64,000 nucleotides of DNA. It comes from a virus. Shown in pieces: positions 46,156 to 56,145 of this stretch. Under the pieces are notes generated by a model. The model saw only the letters and a list, made by a program, of their open reading frames with translations. It searched no databases and had not been told where the DNA came from. Where the stretch lies: IMG/VR virus record IMGVR_UViG_3300029190_000103, one strand, 5' to 3'. Each line of letters opens with the position of its first letter. Within the stretch, counting starts at the first letter, position 1. The position numbers and the translations under genes are program-made.

Positions 46156-46469
46156 GAGTAAGTGTTACGATCGGAAACGATGAAATCATTTTGGATGCTT
46201 CTCTTTCAGTAGAAGAACGTATTCAATTTGTTGATGACCTCATCCAGAAATATGAACCATGGTTGACATATCGCATGCCAATCAATTACAAGGACAAAAT
46301 GTGTTCAGGATACAAAGTTGAGTCAATCCTTGAACATTTGGCTTCTTACATTTTAAATGCTGTTAAAGTTGATGAAGAATATCCATGGCAAACATTCTAT
46401 AAAAAACGTCAAAGTATGATAAATGAGTGTAATTTAACAGATTTTGAACAGAAAATGAATAAATTTTAA
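46152..46469 (+). CDS. hypothetical protein (105 aa)
   Basis: ORF overlapping the ArpU-like gene stop. Confidence 0.4.
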   Translation: MRVSVTIGNDEIILDASLSVEERIQFVDDLIQKYEPWLTYRMPINYKDKMCSGYKVESILEHLASYILNAVKVDEEYPWQTFYKKRQSMINECNLTDFEQKMNKF

Positions 46470-46483
46470 TTGTTTTCGTAAAA

Positions 46484-46526
46484 CGGGGTGAAAAAACGGT
46501 TAAAAATCAACTATATATGTGAGAGG
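46484..46526 (+). promoter_or_regulatory. conserved late motif, copy 1 (GGGGTGAAAAAACGGTTAAAAATCAACTATATATGTGAGAGG)
   Basis: Near-identical roughly 40 nt element again at 51871-51913; lies about 25 nt upstream of a TTG-initiated gene. Confidence 0.5.
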
Positions 46527-46549
46527 TAAATTTTAAAGGAAGGTGTAAC

Positions 46550-47491
46550 TTGAATACAGCGATAAAAGAAGAACACATTGCTTTAATGCAACAAATGTAT
46601 GATTGTGGCAAGTCATATACAGAAATTGCATTGGAGATACATGCTCGTTTTGGTATCCCTGTCCATAGTGATAGTGTACGATACTATGTAAAGCGAAAGA
46701 AACAAAAGAAATTAACTAAATTGGAAAAGTTGCAAAATGAAAATATTGAGAAAGTCCTTGTTATTTCAGACTTGCATATTCCATTCCAAAGAGATGATAT
46801 TTTAAAAATTGTAACAGAATACGCAGACGAGGTTAGCTTGATAATCTTAAATGGTGATGTTCTGGACTGTAAGTCCATTAGTTCATTTATTGAGTTAGGT
46901 CGAGGTAAATTAATTGACGAAATGGGAAAAGCACATACATTGTTGAAAATGATTGATGCTTTAACACCAAATACGCCAAAGATCATTACCCAAGGGAACC
47001 ATGAAGTTCGTTTGAAGAAATACCTTGCAAAGAATCCAAATGAATTAAACAATATGCATACAGACAACATTATGAAAGAAATTATTGAAGGGTTTAAGAG
47101 TGTTGATCATGAAACTGGTATAGTTAAGCATTATAAACCTCTGGATAGATATCAAGCATTAGATACGTGGTTTTTCAACTACAAAGGAATGATATGTTGT
47201 CATCCATTGAGTTTTTCTAAAGTACCAGCAAAGACAGCTTATAATGCCGTAGAATATTTCGTTCGTAATGGATACATTTTTGACACTTGCCTTGTGGCAC
47301 ATACACACCATTATGGAAGTTGTATTAATTTAGGTAAGTACACGGTCGAAACTGGATGTTTGTGTAAAGAACAGCCATATGCTGCAACTGGTAAACTGAA
47401 TTACACCCCACAAGACTACGGTTATCATTTGGCTGTATTCAAGGATGGTGTATACGATATTAACCTCAGTAAGAATTACATACTGAAATAA
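46550..47491 (+). CDS. calcineurin-like metallophosphoesterase
   Basis: ISDLHIP...LNGDVLD...QGNHE metallophosphatase motifs; TTG start with RBS AAGGAAGG. Confidence 0.6.
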   Translation: MNTAIKEEHIALMQQMYDCGKSYTEIALEIHARFGIPVHSDSVRYYVKRKKQKKLTKLEKLQNENIEKVLVISDLHIPFQRDDILKIVTEYADEVSLIILNGDVLDCKSISSFIELGRGKLIDEMGKAHTLLKMIDALTPNTPKIITQGNHEVRLKKYLAKNPNELNNMHTDNIMKEIIEGFKSVDHETGIVKHYKPLDRYQALDTWFFNYKGMICCHPLSFSKVPAKTAYNAVEYFVRNGYIFDTCLVAHTHHYGSCINLGKYTVETGCLCKEQPYAATGKLNYTPQDYGYHLAVFKDGVYDINLSKNYILK

Positions 47492-47498
47492 TCAATAC

Positions 47499-47524
47499 GA
47501 CAGAGATAATCTGTCTTTTTTTAT
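47499..47524 (+). terminator. intrinsic terminator after the metallophosphoesterase gene
   Basis: GACAGA-GATAA-TCTGTC followed by T8. Confidence 0.55.
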
Positions 47525-47540
47525 TTCAAGAAGGAGGATA

Positions 47541-48401
47541 ATGGCAGTAAAAAGAAAATCGGTTAGGCGTAAACGACCAAGAGATATAACTACAAAAGAA
47601 GGGTTGATTAAATATCTTGAAAACAATCAAGATACAGAGTTGCCTTTTGTTGAAGAAGCTTGGGAAGCAGCGCTAAAACAATATGAAGAAAAGAAAGACG
47701 TTGAAACGACTGTCAACAAAATTGTCAAAGATGAAGATGGAAACCCTGTAATTTCATCATTTAACGTTAATTACAACAAAAACCCTGTTAGTAACTACTT
47801 TAAGTTAATGGGATTAAAGGCATACAAAGCTAAGGCAAAGAAAATCCAACAGAATAAGATTTTGATGACAGATCGTAGAGCAGAAATAGAAGATGTATAT
47901 TTTAATGATAATGATGATGACATTGATGATGAAGATGACGATGATGAAGAAAATTCATACTCTTTTAAGAAAAATGACTCAATCATATGTTGGATAGAAT
48001 CATTTGCAAGTGATTACGAGAAAACGTATATCAAAAATAGATACATCACTTATATGAGTGAGTATGAAATCAATGAAGGTGTTGGTAAGACCGCGCTCAA
48101 AGGTATATTAAGTATTGAATTAGCTTTGGATAGGATTGATAGGCTTCGTTCTCAGGGTGAAGATGTTGACTATAAAATGGAAAAAGAGTTGAGGAAGTCA
48201 CTTTTAGATTCATTTGATGCTATGAAATGGCAACCAAAACAACGTAATATGCAAGAAGAAATGGCAGCCAACAAATTTACAGTAATGATGGATAGAATGG
48301 TTAAAGAAGGCGGTTTTAAACCTCCAGAACAAAAGATTGAAAAAGACGAAATTGATAAGCTTATGGATATTATTACTGAATCTAGGGAGAAACAGGAATA
48401 A
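47541..48401 (+). CDS. putative terminase small subunit
   Basis: Sits directly upstream of the terminase large subunit; basic N-terminus, central acidic stretch; no firm motif. Confidence 0.35.
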   Translation: MAVKRKSVRRKRPRDITTKEGLIKYLENNQDTELPFVEEAWEAALKQYEEKKDVETTVNKIVKDEDGNPVISSFNVNYNKNPVSNYFKLMGLKAYKAKAKKIQQNKILMTDRRAEIEDVYFNDNDDDIDDEDDDDEENSYSFKKNDSIICWIESFASDYEKTYIKNRYITYMSEYEINEGVGKTALKGILSIELALDRIDRLRSQGEDVDYKMEKELRKSLLDSFDAMKWQPKQRNMQEEMAANKFTVMMDRMVKEGGFKPPEQKIEKDEIDKLMDIITESREKQE

Positions 48402-48838
48402 TGAACAAAAAAGATAAGCAAAGACGTAAGCGTGAGATATACAATGAAGCTGTTGCTTACTGGAGGAAATATCCAGACGTTTACTGCGAGCAAGTTTTAG
48501 GTATCAGAATTAATGTATATCAGAAAGTCATGATGAGGGCTTTTTTCAGATACAAATATATTGCATTTGTAATGGGGCGTGGTGTTGGTAAAAGTTTTAT
48601 CTGCATACTTTGTCTTGTAATATATGCGTTGCTATATCCTGGTAGTAAGATTGGAATTATAGCGCCAACTTTTAGACAGGCTAAACAATTATTATCTGAA
48701 AAGTACAGAGGTGAACTTTGTGAATGGTCACCTTTTCTAAAACAGGAAGAAAGAAAATTTGCGTGTTCTATGCAATCGGCGAGAGTCGATTTTTTTAATG
48801 GTTCATTTATTGAGGCATTTCCACTAGGAACAGATGGT
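48401..48838 (+). CDS. terL: terminase large subunit, exon 1 (ATPase N-terminal part; track ORF runs to 48880 through intron read-through)
   Basis: Walker A MGRGVGKS; homology ends near ...FPLGTDG. Confidence 0.65.
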
Positions 48839-49144
48839 GAAAATATCGCCCCTACATTGAGAAATCTTTGTAGTGCATAATTCAAAATCGGTAGATTCCA
48901 CTGGTAAAGGATAATACCGAGGTAAACAGGAACATCACCTGTCACCGTAACGCATAGGGATTGAGTGTTAAGAGAGCAAAAATATCCCCAAGAGTGAATT
49001 ATACGATAGATTATAGGTCTATCCTTGGCAGAGTTAATCGCCTGTCAAGCCAAACATATAGATGTGGGTAAAAATATATGCTGGGCTTACACGATAGTAA
49101 AGTGTAAGAAGTAGAGGATAAAAAGCCTTTACGGTAACAATTCG
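48839..49144 (+). mobile_element. ORF-less group-I-like intron in terL (boundaries inferred)
   Basis: About 300 nt non-coding insert between Walker A and Walker B regions of terL. The in-frame extension upstream of 49178 gives ...AKIRGARLHVVLIDEAAYV. A splice after U at 48838 and after G at 49144 would give ...LGTDG-AKIRGARLHVVLIDEAAYV. Confidence 0.5.
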
Positions 49145-50353
49145 GCTAAAATCCGTGGTGCCAGACTTCATGTTGTATTGATAGATGAAGCTGCGTACGT
49201 TCCTAGAGAAATCATTCAGACCGTTGTAATGCCTATGTTACTTGTAAAACAGGGATATAAGGTTGGAGAAAAAAATACAGAAGCAAACACAAATAAAATC
49301 GTCATGGCTTCAAGTGCTTCATTCAGATCTAATCACTTCTATACCACTTATACTGATTGGACAAAGGAAATGTTCAAAAGAGGAAATGATAAATATTTCA
49401 CTTTGACATTACCTTGGAAAATTGGTGTGCAAGCTGGATTCATGGAAGAAAGCGACATCATGGAGAAGAAAAAAGAATTGAGCGCTATGCAATTCGCCAT
49501 GGAATATGAAGGCGTATTCCCTTCTTTGATTGATGGAACTTGGATAAATCCAGAAGATTTAGAAGCTTGTCGTAACCTTACTGATTTCCAATTACATGGA
49601 AATAACAAATTTGAATATATCATGTCTGTTGATATTGCTCGTATGAAGGGCGAAGATAACACAATCATAATGGTCTTCAAATTGAAATGGGTAAAAGAAC
49701 ACATAGAACCAGAATTAGTTTATATTCAGTCAATGAATGGTTGTACGTTTGCAGAACAAGCAAAACAGATCAGAGCAGTAAAAAGAAGATATCCTTCAAT
49801 AATCAGAGCCTATATGGATGCAGTTACCATTGGACAAGGTGTTTTTGATGAATTGGCAAAAGAATTCCTTTGCGAAGAAACAGAAACATACGAAGATCCA
49901 TGGATTGATATGAATGATGAAGAAGCCATGAAGAATCGTGAATTAACTCATGCTATTCCATTAATTTATGGTATCAAAGCAACGCCAGAAATCAATCACA
50001 AATGTGGATATGCAGTCAAGAAATATATTGAAAAGAAATGGTTGCATTTGTACACAAGGAACGCTGGCGAAATCGCTCATGTTAACAAAGATACTGATTA
50101 TACATATGAAGAAGAATTAGTATTGAATGAAACTAGACAAACGATAGATGAAGTAATCAATATGCAAGCACAGACACTAAATAGTGGTTTTATGAAATTT
50201 ATCACTCGTGGTAAGCGAAAAGACCGTTGGTCTGCACTAGGATATGGGTTGTATGGCGTTGAAATCATACAAAAGGAAAGAGAAAAGCCAAAGAATGAAA
50301 AAGCAATTTTTGGCTTTACAAGGTTAAATTTAAATAGACGAGGAGGTTTTTAG
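49145..50353 (+). CDS. terL: terminase large subunit, exon 2 (Walker B plus nuclease domain; track ORF 49178-50353)
   Basis: VLIDEAAYV Walker B/coupling motif; about 390 aa consistent with a nuclease domain. Confidence 0.65.
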   Translation, partial: AKIRGARLHVVLIDEAAYVPREIIQTVVMPMLLVKQGYKVGEKNTEANTNKIVMASSASFRSNHFYTTYTDWTKEMFKRGNDKYFTLTLPWKIGVQAGFMEESDIMEKKKELSAMQFAMEYEGVFPSLIDGTWINPEDLEACRNLTDFQLHGNNKFEYIMSVDIARMKGEDNTIIMVFKLKWVKEHIEPELVYIQSMNGCTFAEQAKQIRAVKRRYPSIIRAYMDAVTIGQGVFDELAKEFLCEETETYEDPWIDMNDEEAMKNRELTHAIPLIYGIKATPEINHKCGYAVKKYIEKKWLHLYTRNAGEIAHVNKDTDYTYEEELVLNETRQTIDEVINMQAQTLNSGFMKFITRGKRKDRWSALGYGLYGVEIIQKEREKPKNEKAIFGFTRLNLNRRGGF

Positions 50354-51843
50354 TGTCAAATACAAATAAGACAAAGCCAGTAACCAATCAAATGGTATGC
50401 GGTCAAATTGCAAAGTTAGAAGATGAATATTCTACATATTTCAACAAAAACTTTAATGTTGACGGTTCTCCTGATGATATAGAACTGGAAGATATATTTA
50501 ATGCACCACAAGATCATGTAGATGACATCATCGGATATAGCAAATATTGCTATCGTAAGCATGGAATCATCATGCGTGTAGTCAATATGTACAGAGATTT
50601 TGGGTGTACAAAAATGCATTTGCACTATAAAGAAGATGGTGCGGATGCTGAAAAAGCAAAAGAGGTCATAGATACCTATAACAAACGTGTCAACATGTTA
50701 CATACAATGGGAGAATGTATTTTTGAGATTGCTCAGACAGGCAACCTTGTATTGTATGATAGAAATGGCAAACGTCTTGATATCTACCCTATTGATAGGT
50801 GTGAGCCTGTTCCGTTGTTAGTTAGTAATAAACCATTGATTAAATTTAAGATTGAACAAGATTTTGATATGTCTGATTATGATGAAAAGATTAAGAAAAA
50901 GATAAATAGTGCTTATCCAAAAGAAGTTCTAAAGGCGCAAAAAGCTGGGAAGGATTTTGCAGTTTTAGACATCGATAATACCTATTTTGCAAAGATTAAC
51001 TGTTCACAATATGAAACATACGGTCTTAGTGTTATCGTTCCCGCATTTGAAGATTTATCACACAAGAATTTACTTAAGAATGCAGAACGTTCTACAGCTA
51101 ACGCAGTAATCAATAAAATCTTGTTAATGCAAGTAGGAGATGAAAATAACCCTCCTAATGCGAATTTGATTGCGCAATATCAGAAAATGCTAGAAGGAAT
51201 GAGTGGATCAATCGGTGTATCAGTTCCATATTATGTCAATATGTCTTTCATCGAACCATCAACGGAAGTTTTTGGTTCTGAGAAATTTGTTGAGATTGAC
51301 AAGGATATTCTGAATACATTAGGTGTTTCTGTTTCATTGCTACGTGGCGAAGGCGGAGGTTCTTATTCTGATGGACTGATGAACTTTACGAGCCTTTGTA
51401 GAAACATTGAAGCAGCAAGAGAGCCTTTGCCTGACATTGTTCATGCATTATATCAGGCAGAATTAAAGCGTAATAGAATAGATCCAAAGTATGCACCAAC
51501 TGTTGAGTTTGGTGATGTCATTATTGACAAAGAAGCAAAAATGCAGTTATTAATCAGTCTATTTCAGGATGCTAGTCTACCATATGAATTATTGTATGAA
51601 GGCTGTGGTATGGACTTTGACCACGTTAAGTTATTGAAGAAACAAGAAAAAGCACAAAAACTTGATGAATTGTTTGAGCCACATGCAATGCCATTCCAAG
51701 GTAACCAAGGAGAAGGATCTACTGATGAAGGCGGTGCCCCAAAGAAAACTGATAGCGAACGTAAATCAGACAAGAGTAAATCAAACAACAAGCAAGCAAG
51801 ACCTGATAAGAAATCAAAATCAGGTGTAAAAACGGGTAAATAA
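50353..51843 (+). CDS. portal protein (by synteny and size)
   Basis: 496 aa gene directly after terL; charged Lys/Ser-rich C-terminal tail; no motif confirmed. Confidence 0.5.
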   Translation: MSNTNKTKPVTNQMVCGQIAKLEDEYSTYFNKNFNVDGSPDDIELEDIFNAPQDHVDDIIGYSKYCYRKHGIIMRVVNMYRDFGCTKMHLHYKEDGADAEKAKEVIDTYNKRVNMLHTMGECIFEIAQTGNLVLYDRNGKRLDIYPIDRCEPVPLLVSNKPLIKFKIEQDFDMSDYDEKIKKKINSAYPKEVLKAQKAGKDFAVLDIDNTYFAKINCSQYETYGLSVIVPAFEDLSHKNLLKNAERSTANAVINKILLMQVGDENNPPNANLIAQYQKMLEGMSGSIGVSVPYYVNMSFIEPSTEVFGSEKFVEIDKDILNTLGVSVSLLRGEGGGSYSDGLMNFTSLCRNIEAAREPLPDIVHALYQAELKRNRIDPKYAPTVEFGDVIIDKEAKMQLLISLFQDASLPYELLYEGCGMDFDHVKLLKKQEKAQKLDELFEPHAMPFQGNQGEGSTDEGGAPKKTDSERKSDKSKSNNKQARPDKKSKSGVKTGK

Positions 51844-51870
51844 ATAAAAATTAAATTATTTTAACAAAAA

Positions 51871-51913
51871 GGGGTGAAAAAACCCCTTAAATTCAACTAT
51901 ATATATGTAAGAT
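51871..51913 (+). promoter_or_regulatory. conserved late motif, copy 2 (GGGGTGAAAAAACCCCTTAAATTCAACTATATATATGTAAGAT)
   Basis: Near-identical to 46484-46526; GGGGTGAAAAAACCCC forms a hairpin; about 30 nt upstream of a TTG-initiated gene. Confidence 0.5.
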
Positions 51914-51942
51914 AAAAAATCTCTACACAGAGAGGTGAGAAG

Positions 51943-53022
51943 TTGAAACAGATAACAGAAATCAATCTTACGCAAAAAGATACTGTTGAGTTAGCTTCTA
52001 TTACCAATTTTGATCAGATGCACATAAAGTGTTTTGCCACTACGGAGGGTAAGAACCTAAATGGTACTGAATTCCCCCGTAACACTTTATTAGCATCATA
52101 TAAATCATTAATTGATACGCATGTCTGGATTGTTCCTGACAAGTACGGATTCCCTACTGGTCATGGATTTGATTTTACAAGCGCCGAATTCGATATGGAA
52201 AAAAGAAAGAATATCGGTCATATAAAAAACGCATATCCAGTCATCGTAACCAAAGATGAACAAATTGTAGATGTAAGTGAAATGAATATTGAAGATTTCC
52301 CAGAGGGAGAGTTAAGAATTGTTGCTGATTTGGCAATAGATAAATTCTATTTTTCTGAAATTGCAGACAATCTTAAATATCTTCACAGCATCAACGATTT
52401 GTTTTTTTCTATGGAAGCTTTAACAAAAGGTGTGCAGAAAGAAGATAGGCGAGAATGTAGTGAAATCTCATTTACAGGTCTGGCTATTGTCTCTAATCCA
52501 GCCTTTGTTAACTCAAAGTCAATCGAAATTGCACAAAGAAAAGAGGAGGAACACTCATTGGATTTTGAAAAAGAGTACAACGAACTGAAAACTAAATACG
52601 ATACAGTCGTTGCAGAAAATGAAACATTGAAAAATGCCTCTGCTGGAATTACAGAAGTTGCTACAGAATTAGCTACAGCTAAAACAGAATTGGCAACTGC
52701 TAATAAAACTATTGATGAATTAAAAGTCTATAAAGAAAAGTTTGAAACAGCAGAAAAAGAAAAATTAGGGAAAACAAGAGCTGAACAGATGAAGAAACTT
52801 GGTAAAGAAATTGAAGCATCTGAATTAGCAGAAAAAACAGACGTTGAATTTGCGCAGTTAGTAATTGAAGCTGCTAGTACATTTAAAGCTAAACCTTTAG
52901 AAGATGATGAAGATGACGATGATGAAGTAGAAGTAGCTGGTGTACTAAGTTTTAATCATGGCAATAAAAGTAAATTTGACCAGCTGGATGAATTATTAAA
53001 AGATTTTGAGGAGGATAAATAA
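51943..53022 (+). CDS. putative scaffolding protein (possibly protease-scaffold fusion)
   Basis: TTG start; C-terminal half is Ala/Glu/Lys-rich coiled coil with an acidic tail (DDEDDDDE); sits between portal and capsid. Confidence 0.4.
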   Translation: MKQITEINLTQKDTVELASITNFDQMHIKCFATTEGKNLNGTEFPRNTLLASYKSLIDTHVWIVPDKYGFPTGHGFDFTSAEFDMEKRKNIGHIKNAYPVIVTKDEQIVDVSEMNIEDFPEGELRIVADLAIDKFYFSEIADNLKYLHSINDLFFSMEALTKGVQKEDRRECSEISFTGLAIVSNPAFVNSKSIEIAQRKEEEHSLDFEKEYNELKTKYDTVVAENETLKNASAGITEVATELATAKTELATANKTIDELKVYKEKFETAEKEKLGKTRAEQMKKLGKEIEASELAEKTDVEFAQLVIEAASTFKAKPLEDDEDDDDEVEVAGVLSFNHGNKSKFDQLDELLKDFEEDK

Positions 53023-53025
53023 TTA

Positions 53026-53481
53026 ATGTTACAAAAACACCGTAATAAAGCTTCTATCCCTGATGGGTTATATTATCCAGCAGAGGATATGAAGAAGGGT
53101 ACTGCTGTAATTAGAAAGTTAGATACAGATAAAGGAACATTTGTATTTGCAAAACCTTCTACAGCAGATGAAGCAAAAAGTATTTATGGTTTTATCACTC
53201 GTGATATTCGTTATGATGACCATACAAAGAAATACTATGATACTTGTTTAGCTTCAGAACTTGCAACAGCTTATACAAGAGTTTCTGGGGAGTCATGGAA
53301 AACCACTGAATTTGTTGAAGATTTAGCTGTTGGAGATTTATGTGCAGTTGGATTTGAATCTAATGATGCTGGTAAAGTTCGTAAAGCTAAAACTGGTGAA
53401 ACAGCAACTATGATTGTATTACAAAAGACAGAAGCATTCCAAGGATACGAAGATCCTATGGTAACTGTCCAGTATTTATAG
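53026..53481 (+). CDS. head-associated hypothetical protein (151 aa)
   Basis: Synteny only. Confidence 0.35.
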   Translation: MLQKHRNKASIPDGLYYPAEDMKKGTAVIRKLDTDKGTFVFAKPSTADEAKSIYGFITRDIRYDDHTKKYYDTCLASELATAYTRVSGESWKTTEFVEDLAVGDLCAVGFESNDAGKVRKAKTGETATMIVLQKTEAFQGYEDPMVTVQYL

Positions 53482-53491
53482 AGGTAAAATA

Positions 53492-54457
53492 ATGAAAAAA
53501 AGAACAAAACTGATTAAAAAAGTTGTTAGTGTTGGTGACAAAGTACGCTTAGGAACCATTGACCAGAATGACGAAAAAATCGAAGCAGCAGAAGAAATTT
53601 TAAAAGAAATCTTCGAGACAGAAGATGGGCGTACAGAATTAGCTACTGAAATTAAATCTTATATTGAGGATAAATATTACAAATTTAACTTCGCTGATTA
53701 TGTTTTTGAAAAACGTAGATTTAAAGTAACTGATATTCCAACATTCAAAACGCATAAAAAGGGTATTATTGCATACAAGACAGCACCAGACTCTTATGTA
53801 CCAAAAAGTGAAAACTATGAAACAGAATTCACAATGAATTTCGTTAACATGGGTGTTCGTCCTACTGCCCAGTTAATAGATTTAAAAACTGGTAGAATTT
53901 CTGCATTATCAGAATTAATTAACGATGCTTATGAAGCAATGAACACATTAACAATTAAAGAAAGTCTTGATTGTTTGTCGCAGACTTTTAACGCAACAGT
54001 GAATAAAGACAACTTTGTAGAAACTAACACTGTTAATAAAGCAGCTTTAGATAAGATGATTAATCGTGTACGTAAGAAAACGTTAAAACGCCCAACTATC
54101 ATTGGTAATTATGATTTATTAACTCAGATTGAGGCATTTCCTGAATATAAAGGAATGGAACCTGTATACAATGAAATCAGAAAGGATGGATTGTTAGGCA
54201 TGTATCGTGGATGTAAATTGGTATATGTACCAGACATCGAGGATCCTGTAACACATAAACCTTTATTCCCAGAAGATAGAATTATGATTGTGTCTGAAAA
54301 GGTAGGATTCTTTGCTACACAGGGTGAAATGCAATCTGAACAGGAAAAAGATATCAATGATAACTCATGGAGTTGCCGTATTGACCAGCGTTATGGTTTG
54401 CTAGTAACTCATCCTGAAGGATTAGCTGTAATTAAAATTGTACCATCACAGGACTAA
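53492..54457 (+). CDS. putative major capsid protein
   Basis: 321 aa gene after the scaffold with a strong RBS; synteny-based. Confidence 0.45.
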   Translation: MKKRTKLIKKVVSVGDKVRLGTIDQNDEKIEAAEEILKEIFETEDGRTELATEIKSYIEDKYYKFNFADYVFEKRRFKVTDIPTFKTHKKGIIAYKTAPDSYVPKSENYETEFTMNFVNMGVRPTAQLIDLKTGRISALSELINDAYEAMNTLTIKESLDCLSQTFNATVNKDNFVETNTVNKAALDKMINRVRKKTLKRPTIIGNYDLLTQIEAFPEYKGMEPVYNEIRKDGLLGMYRGCKLVYVPDIEDPVTHKPLFPEDRIMIVSEKVGFFATQGEMQSEQEKDINDNSWSCRIDQRYGLLVTHPEGLAVIKIVPSQD

Positions 54458-54505
54458 AGGGATATTCCCTTTAGTTCTTTTAAATAAGGAAAGGAAAAAC
54501 AAACA

Positions 54506-54940
54506 TTGGAAAAGAATATTGTAACAATTAAAAACACTGGAATTACATCATTGATTTTGGATTTAACACCATATTGTTCAAAAATCATAGATTTAGAAGT
54601 TGGTAGCATTGCTGGTGTAAAAGTAGAAGAATATGAGTATATGCTTGAAATATTCAAAAGTTTTTTTGAAAAAGGAAAATTATCAGTAATTAAAGCTCCA
54701 AAAAATGTTGAAATTATTAAGAATGATTTCAAATATGACGAAAAGAAAATAGATGAAATCGTGCAGATGACTCAGGCAAAATTTAAGACAGAAATTTCTA
54801 AAGTTGATGATATTGAAGTATTAAGAATTATTTTAAAACATTCCATAGATGAAGGAAAAACAGAAAAATTCCTTAAAATTATTGAAACTAGAATTGACGA
54901 GTTAAAAACAGAAGATGTAGCTATTGCTTCTTCATTTTAG
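54506..54940 (+). CDS. head-tail module protein (144 aa)
   Basis: Synteny. Confidence 0.35.
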   Translation: MEKNIVTIKNTGITSLILDLTPYCSKIIDLEVGSIAGVKVEEYEYMLEIFKSFFEKGKLSVIKAPKNVEIIKNDFKYDEKKIDEIVQMTQAKFKTEISKVDDIEVLRIILKHSIDEGKTEKFLKIIETRIDELKTEDVAIASSF

Positions 54941-54942
54941 AG

Positions 54943-55383
54943 GTGCTTATGACTACATTTGATGAAATAGCTTTGAATTTGTCTGTTAAGATACCAGACG
55001 ATGCAAAAGAAGTCATCAAAAAGGATAACTTACGTATTTATTATGGTTTAACGAGAATGTATACAGTATTAGGTATCAAAGATAAGGATATTCATTATGA
55101 TGAAGAAACCAACACAGGATATTGTGAACGTGACTTGTCATATGCTGAAATTCATTTAGCTTCCCTGTATGCTTATGAGTCATACTTGGAAATGAAAGAG
55201 CTTGAATATACAGAGGATATCATGGGTATCAAAACGATTACATTTGAGATTAAATCATTAGATAAGAAACCTGATGCAATTAATAATATGCTGTATCAAT
55301 TAAGGCGCTGGATAAGCGAAGATATTAAACGAGCAACTGGTTCTGCCGTTGTCGTTGGAAAGGCTTGGGAGATGAAATCATGA
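54943..55383 (+). CDS. head-tail connector/adaptor candidate (146 aa)
   Basis: Synteny. Confidence 0.35.
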   Translation: MLMTTFDEIALNLSVKIPDDAKEVIKKDNLRIYYGLTRMYTVLGIKDKDIHYDEETNTGYCERDLSYAEIHLASLYAYESYLEMKELEYTEDIMGIKTITFEIKSLDKKPDAINNMLYQLRRWISEDIKRATGSAVVVGKAWEMKS

Positions 55384-55529
55384 CAAAAGACGAATTGTAT
55401 AAAGAAGCAGTGGATATCCTTCCTCTGTTAGAACTTGTTGTAAAAGACAAAGACCAGTACAAATTGATTCGTAAGCGAATCTTAGATTTAGCTAACGATA
55501 TCAAACGTAGTGATACAGATGGCATTTAG
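55380..55529 (+). CDS. small protein (49 aa)
   Basis: ATG ORF MTKDELYKEAVDILPLLELVVKDKDQYKLIRKRILDLANDIKRSDTDGI overlapping neighbours; below the track threshold. Confidence 0.3.
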   Translation: MTKDELYKEAVDILPLLELVVKDKDQYKLIRKRILDLANDIKRSDTDGI

Positions 55530-56145
55530 ACCTGAACAAATATCAAAAGCACTTGCTAAGGCTGGTAAGACTTATGATGAGGTAATGCAAACGCCTGAAA
55601 TAGCCTTTGACATCCGAATAGATGGTGTCATGACTAGAGGGCAAGTCAAGGACAATGAAAGACTGAATACCTCCAAGGAACAGTACACAAAGACACTTAC
55701 TTGTGGTAAGAAAACAGATGTAAAAAGAGGAAGTTATGTAGAAATACAAAGAAACTCTGGTGACACTGAATTATCGCAAAAAGGTATCGTGATTACTGAA
55801 CCTAACGAAACCCCTATAGACAAGTATTTTACAGCATTATTATTCAATACAGAGGTTACTAGATATAGATACAAGACAAAATACAATGAAATTGGCGACA
55901 TCATAGGAAAAGATATAGAGAAACAGGATACAATCCCCTGCTTTGTACAAAAGATTACAAGAAGCGAAAGAATGCTTGATAGTGGCATTGAGCGTGATAG
56001 CGTGAATGAATTAACGACACTAAAGAAATGGGATATCAAAGTTGATGATGTTCTACAAATTGGTGAACAAAAGTACAAAGTAAATGATTTCAATGAAATT
56101 GATAAGGATGTATGTATCTGCTATATGACATTCTATAGAGCATAA
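55510..56145 (+). CDS. head-tail joining protein candidate (211 aa)
   Basis: Synteny. Confidence 0.35.
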   Translation: MIQMAFRPEQISKALAKAGKTYDEVMQTPEIAFDIRIDGVMTRGQVKDNERLNTSKEQYTKTLTCGKKTDVKRGSYVEIQRNSGDTELSQKGIVITEPNETPIDKYFTALLFNTEVTRYRYKTKYNEIGDIIGKDIEKQDTIPCFVQKITRSERMLDSGIERDSVNELTTLKKWDIKVDDVLQIGEQKYKVNDFNEIDKDVCICYMTFYRA

